A stretch of DNA of 64,000 nt from positions 32,001 to 96,000 of the forward strand of contig CAYQCW010000005.1 of the NCBI GenBank assembly GCA_964416155.1, given 5' to 3'. The DNA is from an uncultured Nitrososphaerota archaeon. Its GTDB lineage: Archaea > Thermoproteota > EX4484-205 > JAAOZP01. Of the stretch, positions 8,554-18,890 are shown one piece after another (the first letter of the stretch is position 1; each line of letters begins with the position of its first letter). The position numbers and the translations under genes were made by a program. Under the pieces are notes generated by a model, which saw nothing but the letters and a program-made list of their open reading frames with translations, had not been told where the DNA came from and made no database searches.

Positions 8554-10155
8554 ATGGGGGCAGAGAAAGGCGTCACAAAGTCGGAGGATTACTGGGCGGC
8601 TTGCAGAGAGATTGCTAGAATTCTCGTTTCAGATAATATTGTTGATAGGCGGATGGTTCACAGGGTTAAGCTAAGCATTTCATCAAAATTCAGACTCATC
8701 AAAGTGCCTTCTAACAGCGATATTCTTACCAGCGCGCCAGAAAGCCTTAGGGAGAGGCTTAAGAGTGTTCTGATGGTTAAGCCTTCAAGGAGTTTCTCGG
8801 GCGTGGTTGTTATCGCGGCGATGACTATGCCGATGCCCTGCCCGCATGGGAGATGCTTCTACTGTCCAGGAGGCCCCTCTAGGAATACTCCTCAGAGCTA
8901 TACTGGTCTTGAGCCGGCTGCGATGAGGGCTATTCAGAACGATTACGATGCTTTCAAACAGGTTTCCCAGAGGATTAGGCAGCTTGAGGCTGCTGGGCAT
9001 TCTGTGCAGAAGGCTGAGCTGATAGTGATGGGTGGAACGTTTCCCGCCGCCCCCTTGGAATACCAGGAGGCTTTTGTTAAAGGTTGTTTCGACGCTTTAA
9101 ACGGTGGGCCGTCAGCCTCCTTGGAGGAGGCTCACAGGCTCAACGAGTCCTCGAGAGTAAGGTGCGTAGGCTTGACTGTTGAGACAAGGCCTGACTACTG
9201 CAGGGAGGGGCATGTGGATGCGATGCTTAAAATGGGTGTTACAAGGGTTGAAATAGGTGTTCAAACGCTTAGGGACGGGGTTCTGAGTCTTGTGAAAAGG
9301 GGGCATAGTGTTGAGGATGTTGTTCAAGCGTTTAGGGTTGCTAAGGATGCTGGCCTGAAGGTCGTTGCACACATGATGCCTGGGCTACCGGGTCTCAGCT
9401 TTGAAGAATCGATTGAAGATTTCAAAACGCTCTTTCTCGACGAAAGGTTTAGGCCGGATATGATTAAGATCTACCCTACGCTAGTTGTTGAGGGCACTGG
9501 GCTCTACGAGGCCTGGGCCAGGGGGGAATACAGTCCGCTTGGCGACGAGGAGGCTGCTCAGCTTGTTGCCAGGGTTCTCGAGTTTACTCCGCCGTGGGTA
9601 AGGGTTATGAGGGTTCAGAGAGATATTCCTGCATACGCTATTGCCGCAGGCGTTAAGAAGAGCAACCTTAGAGAGCTCGCCCACAGGGTTCTCGAATCAA
9701 AGGGGGCTAGGTGCCGCTGCATAAGATGCAGGGAAGCAGGGTTCGCGAAGACTGGGGTAGACCCTGAGAAGGTCGAGCTCGTAGTGAGAAGATATAGTGC
9801 TTCAGAAGGAGTCGAGTACTTCCTCAGCTTCGAGGATGTTGAGAACGATGTTCTCCTAGCCTACCTGAGGCTCAGAGAGCCCTCTGCAAAGGCTCATAGG
9901 GCCGAGGTCAAGGAGGCTTGCACAATGATAGTTAGGGAGCTGAAGGCCCTTGGAAGGGCTCTGCCGCTTAAAGCTAGAAGCAGTGAATCATGGCAGCATA
10001 GGGGCCTGGGTGCAAGGCTTATGGCTGAAGCCGAGAAGCTGGCTAGGGAGCAAGGCGCCCGTAAGATGCTTGTTATATCCGCTGTTGGAGTAAGAGAATA
10101 CTACAGGAGGCTTGGCTACTTTTTCGACGGCACCTACATGGTTAAAAATCTGTGA
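8554..10155 (+). CDS. elp3: Elp3 tRNA U34 carboxymethyltransferase (radical SAM plus acetyltransferase)
   Basis: CPHGRCFYCPGG, PQSYTG, ETRPD, RVQRDIP, WQHRGLG. Confidence 0.96.
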   Translation: MGAEKGVTKSEDYWAACREIARILVSDNIVDRRMVHRVKLSISSKFRLIKVPSNSDILTSAPESLRERLKSVLMVKPSRSFSGVVVIAAMTMPMPCPHGRCFYCPGGPSRNTPQSYTGLEPAAMRAIQNDYDAFKQVSQRIRQLEAAGHSVQKAELIVMGGTFPAAPLEYQEAFVKGCFDALNGGPSASLEEAHRLNESSRVRCVGLTVETRPDYCREGHVDAMLKMGVTRVEIGVQTLRDGVLSLVKRGHSVEDVVQAFRVAKDAGLKVVAHMMPGLPGLSFEESIEDFKTLFLDERFRPDMIKIYPTLVVEGTGLYEAWARGEYSPLGDEEAAQLVARVLEFTPPWVRVMRVQRDIPAYAIAAGVKKSNLRELAHRVLESKGARCRCIRCREAGFAKTGVDPEKVELVVRRYSASEGVEYFLSFEDVENDVLLAYLRLREPSAKAHRAEVKEACTMIVRELKALGRALPLKARSSESWQHRGLGARLMAEAEKLAREQGARKMLVISAVGVREYYRRLGYFFDGTYMVKNL

Positions 10156-10200
10156 ATACTGCGTGCTAAGGTTAAAATACCTCCATAAGCATTCTAGCCC

Positions 10201-12072
10201 GTGTTGGGCTCTCTGAAAGTAGGCTTAGAGTTTCACCAGCGTCTAGCATTCCACAAGCTTTTCTGCAGCTGTCCCTCCACATCCTCCGGGGAAGCCTCGG
10301 GGAAAGTATTGAGGAGGCTTAGGGCTTCTGCGAGCGAGCTGGGGGAGCTGGACCCTGCCGCGCTTGCTGAAGCCTCTAGAAGCAGGTTGTTCACCTATCA
10401 TGTTGACGACTCGTTCAACTGCCTCGTTGAGCTGGACGAGGAGCCTCCCCATCTTATTGACGATGAGATTCTCGACGCGGCGCTGGAGATAGCTCTTTAC
10501 TTCAACATGACTGTTGTCGACGAGGCTCGGGTGATGAGGAAGACCGTTATAGACGGTAGCAATACTTCAGGCTTCCAGAGAACACTGCTGGTGGCATTAG
10601 GGAATGACGATTCTGTCGTAGAGACGAGCGAGGGCCCGGTTAGGCTGAAGAGCCTCTGCCTAGAGGAGGAGTCTGCCTTCATAGTTGAAAGCGGCAGGGA
10701 AGCCGCGGAGTATAGGCTCGACAGGCTGGGGATCCCTCTTGTCGAAATCGCTACTGAACCGGATATTAAGAGCCCGTCGCAGGCTCTTGAGACCGCTGAG
10801 GAAGTCGGACTGGCCTTAAGGATGACTGGGAAAGTTATGAGGGGGCTTGGCACCATTAGGCAGGATCTGAACATAAGTATTGAGGGCGGCGCTAGGCAGG
10901 AGATTAAGGGTGTCCAGAATCTCAAGCTGATTCCGGAGATTGTTGAGAGAGAAGTTTTGAGGCAGAACAACCTGCTTAGTCTCAGAGACGTTTTGAGGGA
11001 GAGGTGCTCTCCTGAAAGCCTCACCTATAATCCTGTAGACCTGACGAGCATCTTCAGGGAAACCCGTTCCAAACTAATATCGAAGGCTCTTTCAAGAGGG
11101 GAGGTTGTCTACGGTTTGAAGGCGCCTGGTTTCAAGGGCCTGCTCGGAATGGAGCTTCAGCCCGGTAGGAGGTTCGGAACCGAGCTGGCTGACTACGCTA
11201 GGGTCTGGGGTGGGTTGCAAGGCATAATTCACACGGACGAGCTGCCGGGGTACGGAATATCCGAGGAAGAACTCAAGGAGGCATACGGGGTTCTCAACCT
11301 CTCCAGCGAAGACGCTGCGGTGCTCGTAGTCGGAGAACCCGGAAGGGTTAAGGCTGCTTTGAAGGCTGTTTACAGCAGGCTGCTTAAAGCTTTCGAAGGC
11401 GTGTCTTCGGAGACTAGAAGGGCTCTTGAAGACGGTAACACTGACTACCTTAGGCCCCTCCCAGGCTCTGCGAGAATGTATCCTGAGACAGATATTCCGC
11501 CGATCCCTGTCTCCAGAGAGAGGCTTGAGAGAATAAGGATAATGCTTCCTAAGAAGCCTCGGGAGAAGGTTAAGGAGCTTGAGGCGCTCGGTTTAAGCAG
11601 CCACATGGCGCAGCAGCTGGTTAGGTCACACCATCTTTCCGTCTTCGAAAAATCCCTCCAGGCCTCGGGGCTCCCGCCTGTAGCTATAGCCTCGTTCCTG
11701 CTAAACACTCTACCATACGTTAGGAGGGAGGGTGGGAGAGAATTCAGCGACGAGGAGCTTATAACAGTGCTCAGAACCTTCCCGGGCGACCTGCCTAGGG
11801 AAATGATTCAGGACGCCCTGACGCTTTTCGCCTATAAGCATATGAGCCTAGGGGAGGTTTACGAGGAGCTTAGGCGTAGAAGGGTTGGGGAGGAGGATTT
11901 AAGGGCTGAGGCTAAACGCCTCGTGGATGAGAACATTTCCTACGTTAAGGAGAAGGGTGTCGACTCGGTTAAACTGTTAATGGGCAGGATGATGGAGAAA
12001 TTCAGGGGGGTTGCAGAGGGCTCAACGATCTACAGGATTCTAATGGAGGAGGTTAAGAGGAGGCTGGAGTGA
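10201..12072 (+). CDS. gatE: Glu-tRNA(Gln) amidotransferase subunit E
   Basis: KVGLEFHQRL, KLFCSCP, IDGSNTSGFQRT, GTIRQDLN, RPLPGSARMYPETD. Confidence 0.96.
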   Translation: MLGSLKVGLEFHQRLAFHKLFCSCPSTSSGEASGKVLRRLRASASELGELDPAALAEASRSRLFTYHVDDSFNCLVELDEEPPHLIDDEILDAALEIALYFNMTVVDEARVMRKTVIDGSNTSGFQRTLLVALGNDDSVVETSEGPVRLKSLCLEEESAFIVESGREAAEYRLDRLGIPLVEIATEPDIKSPSQALETAEEVGLALRMTGKVMRGLGTIRQDLNISIEGGARQEIKGVQNLKLIPEIVEREVLRQNNLLSLRDVLRERCSPESLTYNPVDLTSIFRETRSKLISKALSRGEVVYGLKAPGFKGLLGMELQPGRRFGTELADYARVWGGLQGIIHTDELPGYGISEEELKEAYGVLNLSSEDAAVLVVGEPGRVKAALKAVYSRLLKAFEGVSSETRRALEDGNTDYLRPLPGSARMYPETDIPPIPVSRERLERIRIMLPKKPREKVKELEALGLSSHMAQQLVRSHHLSVFEKSLQASGLPPVAIASFLLNTLPYVRREGGREFSDEELITVLRTFPGDLPREMIQDALTLFAYKHMSLGEVYEELRRRRVGEEDLRAEAKRLVDENISYVKEKGVDSVKLLMGRMMEKFRGVAEGSTIYRILMEEVKRRLE

Positions 12073-13421
12073 AAATGCCTTATTCTAAAGAGGTTGAGAA
12101 AGCTCTTTCCGAGAAAGGCGTTAAGCCGGGTGACAGGATTATGCTTAAACGGGGCAAGCTTATCGTGGAAGGCATTCTCCTTCCCCGGGAGGAGGTGGAC
12201 TTTGGAGACGGGAGTGTTCTCGTCATAAAGCTTGACAACGGTTACAACGTTGGATTCAGGCTTGACGACGGCGAGATAGTTAAGCTCGAGGGATCAGTTG
12301 AACTCGGAAGGTTTAAGGCTTTGGAGAAGGTTGAGCAAGACAAGACGCTTCCACCGGTTTCAATATTTTCCACGGGCGGAACAATAAGCGCTAGAATAGA
12401 CTATTATACTGGAGGAGTCTCAATGCTTTTCACGCCTGAAGAAGTATTCTACAATGTTCCGGAGGTTTTGAAAACAGCCTACTTGAGAAGGGTTGAAAGA
12501 CTATTCAGCCTAGCGTCGGAAGACATGACTCACAGGGAATGGTCCACCATGGCTAGGAGGGCTGCTGAAAGCCTAGCTGAGGGTGACGCTGGAGTTCTAA
12601 TTCTACACGGGACCGACACGATGCACTATTCTTCAGCAGCCCTCTCCTTCATGCTTAGGGGTTTGAACGCTCCAGTCGTGCTCATAGGTTCGCAGAGATC
12701 CAGTGACAGGGGTTCCAGGGACTCGGATATAAACATAATCTGCGGGCTTCACGCGGCCACCAGGATGAACCTGGGGGAGGTGGTTGCATGCATGCACGCT
12801 GAGTCCGGGGATACTTTCAACAACGTGATAAGGGGTACGAGGGTGAGAAAGATGCACTCTACGAGGAGGGATGCTTTCAAACCGGTGAACACGCCGCCAT
12901 TGGCCCGTGTCTGGCCGGATGGAAGGATCGAGATGGTTGAGAAAGAGTTCAGGCCCAGGGGCACGGAGCCTCCTACTGTTGACGATGCTTTCGAGCCTAA
13001 GACTGCGCTGGTTAAAGCGTATCCCGGCTCAGACCCTGAGATTATTGATTTCCTGGTGGACAAGGATTACAGGGGTATTGTGATAGAGGGAACAGGAATG
13101 GGCCATGTTCCAACAGAACCGTTAGATGGAAGACTCTCCTGGGTGGGGAGCGTGAGAAGAGGGTTAGAGGAGGGCGTGATTATAGCCATGGCTTCTCAAT
13201 GCGTTTTCGGCAGAGTTGACCCATACGTTTACAGGAATGCGCGGATAATGATGAAGCTGGGCGTAGTTTACTGTGAAGACATGCTGAGCGAAGTGGCATA
13301 TGTTAAGCTCGGGTGGCTCCTGGGCCATGGTTTCGACGATGAGACTGTTAAGAAGCTGATGCTGCATAATTTCGCGGGTGAAATCTCCGAGAGATCCCTC
13401 TTCTCGACCTACCGGCTTTAA
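12069..13421 (+). CDS. gatD: Glu-tRNA(Gln) amidotransferase subunit D
   Basis: IKLDNGYNVG, STGGTI, HGTDTM, GSQRSSDR, RKMHSTRRDAF. Confidence 0.96.
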   Translation: MKMPYSKEVEKALSEKGVKPGDRIMLKRGKLIVEGILLPREEVDFGDGSVLVIKLDNGYNVGFRLDDGEIVKLEGSVELGRFKALEKVEQDKTLPPVSIFSTGGTISARIDYYTGGVSMLFTPEEVFYNVPEVLKTAYLRRVERLFSLASEDMTHREWSTMARRAAESLAEGDAGVLILHGTDTMHYSSAALSFMLRGLNAPVVLIGSQRSSDRGSRDSDINIICGLHAATRMNLGEVVACMHAESGDTFNNVIRGTRVRKMHSTRRDAFKPVNTPPLARVWPDGRIEMVEKEFRPRGTEPPTVDDAFEPKTALVKAYPGSDPEIIDFLVDKDYRGIVIEGTGMGHVPTEPLDGRLSWVGSVRRGLEEGVIIAMASQCVFGRVDPYVYRNARIMMKLGVVYCEDMLSEVAYVKLGWLLGHGFDDETVKKLMLHNFAGEISERSLFSTYRL

Positions 13422-13666
13422 TCCTTCTTTATTTTCCTTACAGTAAGAGTCTTAGCCTTCCTGTCGGATAAAACCCTGTATTCCCCGCTCAGATTCTTCC
13501 TGCTTAGAAACCATCTCACCGCCTTCCTCAGCCTAGTGTTTGAAACTTTTTCAACCACAATCTTTCCAGAGCTCTCCTCAACCTTAACGGACAGCTTCCT
13601 GCTGAGGAAGTCCCTCAGCTCCCTGAGAGATTCCCCCGGAAGCTTTGAAGCGTCTAGCTCAACCAT
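13418..13666 (-). CDS. eL22 (L22e)-like ribosomal protein
   Basis: 82 aa, basic; LDAS...ELRDFLSRKL.VK...VS.TRLRKAVRWFL..KNL..EYRVLS follows the eL22 pattern; own TATA-like TTTAAA near 13690. Confidence 0.6.
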   Translation of the reverse strand: MVELDASKLPGESLRELRDFLSRKLSVKVEESSGKIVVEKVSNTRLRKAVRWFLSRKNLSGEYRVLSDRKAKTLTVRKIKKD

Positions 13667-13717
13667 GGTTTAAGCGTGAACAGGCGGGTTTAAATTGTTT
13701 ACTGATGCCTGTATACG

Positions 13718-14335
13718 TCAAGACCAGAGCCTGATAACCATGCTGGTGAAACCCTGGTTCCCAACTAGAGCAGCCATGTAGAAACCCATCAACCCCATTT
13801 CAATCCAGGCTTTAGCAAGTATGGGTATGAGGAGGGTTACTAGAAAGCCTGCAGCCGCCGGGGGGGCGAAGAGGGGGATAATAACCAGGAAGAAGAATAC
13901 TGTGAAAAGGCATTCCGGAACATATCCGAGGAGTGTGGAAAAAATAGTTAGTAAGCCTTTTCTTCTTCTCTCCATGATCCTGAGGCTCCGGCTAAGCAAG
14001 CCAACAGTCAGGCCTGTAAGCATCTTGCCAACGATGAAGCCCGGTAGGAACAACCATACTAATCCGCTCGTCGAGCCGAAGTATAACCCGCCTCCAAGGC
14101 CGGCGATAACTCCGACGGCCGAGCCTGCCAAAGGGCCTCCGAAGAAGCCTGCTATCAGAGTACCCATGTGAGACAGGTCGAGAGCAACCTGACCCCAGTT
14201 TAAAACAGTTATCGAAACCAGAAACAGAATATTGCTTAAAGCCCCCATCATTCCTATGAAGGCTACTTTCCTAGCGCTGGTGGAAGCAACGATGCCCGTT
14301 GAGGTTTCAACACGCCTTCTGCTCCCCATCCTCAT
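13718..14335 (-). CDS. ECF transporter S-component-like membrane protein
   Basis: KVAFIGMMGAL, LIAGFFGGPLAGSAVG, 5-6 TM helices. Confidence 0.75.
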   Translation of the reverse strand: MRMGSRRRVETSTGIVASTSARKVAFIGMMGALSNILFLVSITVLNWGQVALDLSHMGTLIAGFFGGPLAGSAVGVIAGLGGGLYFGSTSGLVWLFLPGFIVGKMLTGLTVGLLSRSLRIMERRRKGLLTIFSTLLGYVPECLFTVFFFLVIIPLFAPPAAAGFLVTLLIPILAKAWIEMGLMGFYMAALVGNQGFTSMVIRLWS

Positions 14336-15060
14336 TCAGATGCTAACATATAGCGCGCACTATATAAATTTAGAGACAGTAAACAAATTTTGTTACAGTA
14401 TGTTTTCTATAGTTTCCCCGGTATTCGAGGCTTTTTGGCCATTCCTATCCGTAATGTTCTTAGTTTCAACTCTATTAATGGTTTGAAGATTTATTGAGGA
14501 GAGATGATGAGTAAAATGGTTAGTTGTTAAGCATCGGGCTGGCACAGTAGGAAAAACATTATTTAAACTTTTGCCGACTGCAAGCTCAATTTTCAGCTTG
14601 CGCATGCTGTAAACGATTAGTTCTTAGCCATGAGTCCTGGAGGAAGATCGCAGGATTGTTGCTTATTCTCATTCACGCTATCCTGTGAGTTTCAGTAATC
14701 GTCTTGCTTTAGGCAATAGTCAGGCCGGTGCCTGTTTGTCGGCTGGGAGTAATAGGATTTTGATTTTCTAAGAGGCGGTTTGAAAGGGTTTCTTCTCCGA
14801 GGGCTGTTTTCAGAGGGGGCTGCTTCTTCCATTGGGGGATTAGATCTGCCTGTGCTTCACCTTATGATCTTAAGTTTTAATTTCAATTTTCTTTTTCTCT
14901 AGGCTACGGATTGTGATTATCCCGGTACATGTTAAATCATAACAATTGGTTTAAACGTTCTAGACTTCCGTCGAAGCTTTTATCAGCATTATGAGTCGAT
15001 TAAGACGTGTTTCACGGTTTCGAAGGGTTTAAAAAGCCTGTTTCAAGAGCTTTTTCGAGC

Positions 15061-15942
15061 TTGAAAACCATAGTGGGGCCAGCGAGCACAGGGCTGGGTG
15101 AGAAAATATGTTCCTTAGCGGGCTTGGAGAAGATTCTTTTCTACTTCAAACAGTTTCCGGACGGGGAGTTGTACGTTAGGCTGCTTGAAGATGTTACTGG
15201 GGTTGACGCTTTAATAATACAGTCTCTGTCTCCGCCTCAAGACAGGAACCTGATGCTCCTCCTCCAGCTTATATCCGCTTTCAAGATGAACGGCGGCCGG
15301 GAAGCATCAGTCTTGATTCCCTACATGGCTTATGCTCGCCAGGACAAGATGTTCCTCTCCGGGGAGCCTGTTTCAGCTCACCTTGTTGCCAGGCTTATCG
15401 AGGCTGCTGGGGCAGACAGGGTAGCGCTCGTCGAGGTTCACAGCGATGCTGCTGTTAAAGGCTTTAGAAACAGTGTTCTGATAGAGACCACTATGTCTTT
15501 CGCAGAGTATTATTTGAAAAACGGGTTTGAAAAAGCCTACGTGGTTGCACCCGATAAGAATGCTACTCTAAGGGCTAAGAAGCTTGCAAGCATTATTGGA
15601 GGCGGGGTTGGATGGGTTGAGAAAACAAGAAATAAGGAGACCGGCTGCGTCTCCTCTACTGAGGGTGAGCTCAACCCGTCTAGTAGGAAGACTATCATCA
15701 TAGACGACATTATAAGCACTGGGGGGACGATCATCGAATCCATAAAACTGCTTAAGAGCAAGGGTGCCTCCCAAATATCCGTGGCATGTGTCCACGGTCT
15801 TTTCATAGGCAATGCTTACGAGAGGATTGTTAATGCCGGTGCTTCAAGCGTGCTTTCCTCAGACACGGTTGAAACCCAGTATTCAAACATTTCCGTGGCG
15901 GGAGACGTGGTTAGAACACTCAGGGAGAAGGGCTGGCTCTGA
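15061..15942 (+). CDS. prs: Ribose-phosphate pyrophosphokinase
   Basis: FPDGELYVR, PYMAYARQD, VVAPD, IIDDIISTGGT; TTG 15061 preferred over 15007. Confidence 0.93.
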   Translation: MKTIVGPASTGLGEKICSLAGLEKILFYFKQFPDGELYVRLLEDVTGVDALIIQSLSPPQDRNLMLLLQLISAFKMNGGREASVLIPYMAYARQDKMFLSGEPVSAHLVARLIEAAGADRVALVEVHSDAAVKGFRNSVLIETTMSFAEYYLKNGFEKAYVVAPDKNATLRAKKLASIIGGGVGWVEKTRNKETGCVSSTEGELNPSSRKTIIIDDIISTGGTIIESIKLLKSKGASQISVACVHGLFIGNAYERIVNAGASSVLSSDTVETQYSNISVAGDVVRTLREKGWL

Positions 15943-16976
15943 GTGCTAAACCAGCTTGGACACGGCTGTTCGCAGTCTTATCAGGCGAGCACGATAGGCT
16001 TCCCGCTGCTGAGATCGAAGCAGTCTTCGAGGCTGAGAATGTTCCCCGGATTATCATAGAGGGCTTAACACAGGTCTACAGGTTCACCGCCCCGTTAGAG
16101 CCTGCTTCGAAAGCCTTCAAAAGACTGGGTTTATCACACTTCCTGTGTGAGGAGATAGGTGTTTTCAAACAAGGGGTTTCCTGCGATGAAATGGTTACCG
16201 CAGTATTGAGGGCGGGTTTAAACGGGAGCGTTGCGTTCAGGGTCAGGAGGATAAGGGGCAGTATTTCCCCGGAGGACGCTTTTGCTCTTGAAACAGGGTT
16301 GAACAGGAGGGCTTCTAAAACCCCTGGCATTACCGTCGACTTAGAGAATCCTGAGAACATTTTGGAGGTCGTGTCTTCAAACGGCTTCCTAATCTTGGGC
16401 AGGAGGGTTTGCAACAGTGCTAGGAGGAGCATAATGACTAGGAGCGGCGGCAGGAAACCTTTCTTCCATCCTTCAAGCCTTAAGGCTGAGCTTGCAAGAG
16501 CGATGCTGAACCTCGCCAGGGTTAGGGAGGGTAGTGTGGCGGTGGATCCGTTCTCCGGAACCGGGACGGTTCTGGTGGAGGCGCATGAGCTGCAAGCCTA
16601 CCCAATAGGGCTGGATGTTGATCCTTCGATGGCCTATTCTTCCCATAGAAACTACAGGTGGTTTCAGACACTCGTCTTCCAAGTCTTGGGGGATGCTAGA
16701 CACATGCCTTTTAGACGTGCCGACGCTGTGGTTACGGACCCGCCCTACGGGAGGAGGGCTTCGACACATGGTTTCGAGCCTCTAAGGCTCTATGAGGACT
16801 TCATAAGGGAAGCCTCGAGGATTCTCAGGGCTAAAGGATGGATTGTCTTCCTGGCTCCCAGCAGGCTGCCTGTTGAAAGAATTTTGGAGCTGAACGGTTT
16901 TGAGCTTAGGGAAAAGTTTCTCATAGAGGTTCACTCTAATCTGACAAGGAAGTTGCTGCTAGCTCTCATGGAATGA
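15939..16976 (+). CDS. trm11: tRNA m2G10 methyltransferase (Trm11/TrmG10), THUMP plus MTase; probable CTG start
   Basis: Stop-free frame extends 84 codons upstream of ATG 16191 and contains LFAVLSGEHDRLPAAEI; PFFHPSSL, DPFSGTG, TDPPYG. Confidence 0.85.
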   Translation: MSAKPAWTRLFAVLSGEHDRLPAAEIEAVFEAENVPRIIIEGLTQVYRFTAPLEPASKAFKRLGLSHFLCEEIGVFKQGVSCDEMVTAVLRAGLNGSVAFRVRRIRGSISPEDAFALETGLNRRASKTPGITVDLENPENILEVVSSNGFLILGRRVCNSARRSIMTRSGGRKPFFHPSSLKAELARAMLNLARVREGSVAVDPFSGTGTVLVEAHELQAYPIGLDVDPSMAYSSHRNYRWFQTLVFQVLGDARHMPFRRADAVVTDPPYGRRASTHGFEPLRLYEDFIREASRILRAKGWIVFLAPSRLPVERILELNGFELREKFLIEVHSNLTRKLLLALME

Positions 16977-17039
16977 ACTCTACGTCTACCAGCTCTGGGA
17001 GAACCTCTTCTTCTAGCCCAAGAAAGTAGGATAATGGTG

Positions 17040-17872
17040 TTAATGGAAGTACGTCATCTGTTTATTCATTTACTGTAATCCTAGTATTATTCAATGTTCT
17101 AAGGAACCCAGGTATTCTCATGCTCGTTATGATTCCAGTGTTTCTTTCGATGAATACGCTGGGCATGCTCCATATAGTGTTGTTACAGTAGTATATTATC
17201 TCCAGCGTATCGTTGCCCGCAGACTTAGAAAGAGCTTAATACATGCTCCATATCGGAGGCTCAGCGGAAAGCTCACTTACCCACCATGTTCGATTAAGCT
17301 CTGGTATACATACCTTGCCTTCCTTAAGATAGACAAAAATCGAAGACCTTAGATGCCTATACTGGGGAAGGCGGCGGGTAACTGCTTCGGCTCAATAACC
17401 CCAAGCGGGATGAACTCAGCGTTAAAAAGAATAATCTTGTCCTCCACGGGTTGGGAAAATGGTAGCAAAACACCCGCATCCCTCCCCTGCCGGTAGAACC
17501 TTTCAGTGCTCGCATCGTATTTGAAGATGGCAGGTCTTCTAAAGACTCTCTTCCCATCCCCACTATAAACGGAGTGGCCTACAACGTAGATTGTAAAGTT
17601 CAAAGCGTAGGTGTTCCCGCTTCTCTCTATTTCTAAGTTCAGAGATGCGTTGCGTCCAGCGAGTGTAGCGCGCGCTAGCTCCAGAATTTCCCCAGGCTCA
17701 ATTTCAATAAGACCCATGATAAACTTATATTTAAGCCTCAAAATCCCATTCTCCTCCAACCAGCTGAAGTAGTTAGGGTTTTGAGAGCTAGGGTTTCTAA
17801 GTCAAAAAGAGGATTGCTGTAGCTGAAGCGATAATAATGGGAATCAGAATGATGCTAAACCTTATTCCCACC
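17040..17872 (-). pseudogene. Fragmented exported protein gene
   Basis: Signal-like GIRFSIILIPIIIASATAILFL followed by stops, then the 17349-17759 fragment and further broken frames; boundaries approximate. Confidence 0.45.
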
Positions 17873-17963
17873 CCTCCTTCCCCTTACTCTATACAACTGC
17901 TTGAAGATCTGCTATAAACTTTACGGAGTTAAACGTTATATTTCGCGAGGCTATTAATAAAAC

Positions 17964-18890
17964 GTGTTGAAGAAGCGCCAGCCGTTCGGAAGACTGCTAT
18001 TTCTGGGGACTTCTGCCGCAGTCCCAACCGTCAGCAGGAGTCACCCTTGCATAGCTCTCTGGTGGAGGGGGGAGGTGCTGCTCTTCGACTGCGGGGAGGG
18101 TGCTCAGAGACAGTTGATGAGCGCCGGCCTCAGCTTCGAAAAAATATCAAACATATTCATAACGCATATGCATGGGGATCATGTTCTGGGGCTTCCGGGG
18201 CTGCTTATGACGATGACTCTTCAAAACAGGAGGAGGCCTCTCAACATATATGGTCCGAAAGGGCTTAAATCGTTCATCGAATCCTGCCTGCCGATGATAT
18301 TCTACCAGCCTATTTTCCAGATCAGCATCAAGGGGGTTGAGAACGGTCTAGTCGCCTCCGGAAGGAAGTATAAGGTTTATTCGCATGATGTCAGGCATTC
18401 TGTTGAATCCTATGCTTACTGTTTCAAGGAGGATGATAGGCCTGGCAGGTTCAATGTTGAGAAGGCTGAGGAGCTAGGTGTCAAGCCTGGGCCCTTGAGG
18501 AGCATGCTGGTTAAGGGTAAGCCGGTAACGCTTGAGGACGGTAGGATTATTAGGCCTGAGGATGTTGTTGAACCCTCTCGCCCAGGGGTTAAGATCGTTT
18601 ACACGGGTGACATGGGGAATACTCCCGGCTTCGAGGAATTCTGCATGAATGCTGATATTCTTATTCACGAGGCTACTTTCGACGAAAGCATGAGTAGCGA
18701 GGCGGGTAGTCTTCAACACTCGACCTGTGTTGAGGCTGCAAAGCTGGCTGCTGCTGCACGCGTCAAGAAGCTCATACTTACTCACGTAAGCTCCAGGTAT
18801 GGTGATGCTTTAATCCTGCTTGAACAGGCTAGTAGGTTTTTCAAAGACGTTCGGATCGCTGAAGACTTTCTATCTATCGAAATTTTTTGA
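17964..18890 (+). CDS. rnz: Ribonuclease Z
   Basis: FLGTSAAVP, FDCGEGAQ, THMHGDH, GP exosite, HEATF, HST. Confidence 0.96.
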   Translation: MLKKRQPFGRLLFLGTSAAVPTVSRSHPCIALWWRGEVLLFDCGEGAQRQLMSAGLSFEKISNIFITHMHGDHVLGLPGLLMTMTLQNRRRPLNIYGPKGLKSFIESCLPMIFYQPIFQISIKGVENGLVASGRKYKVYSHDVRHSVESYAYCFKEDDRPGRFNVEKAEELGVKPGPLRSMLVKGKPVTLEDGRIIRPEDVVEPSRPGVKIVYTGDMGNTPGFEEFCMNADILIHEATFDESMSSEAGSLQHSTCVEAAKLAAAARVKKLILTHVSSRYGDALILLEQASRFFKDVRIAEDFLSIEIF

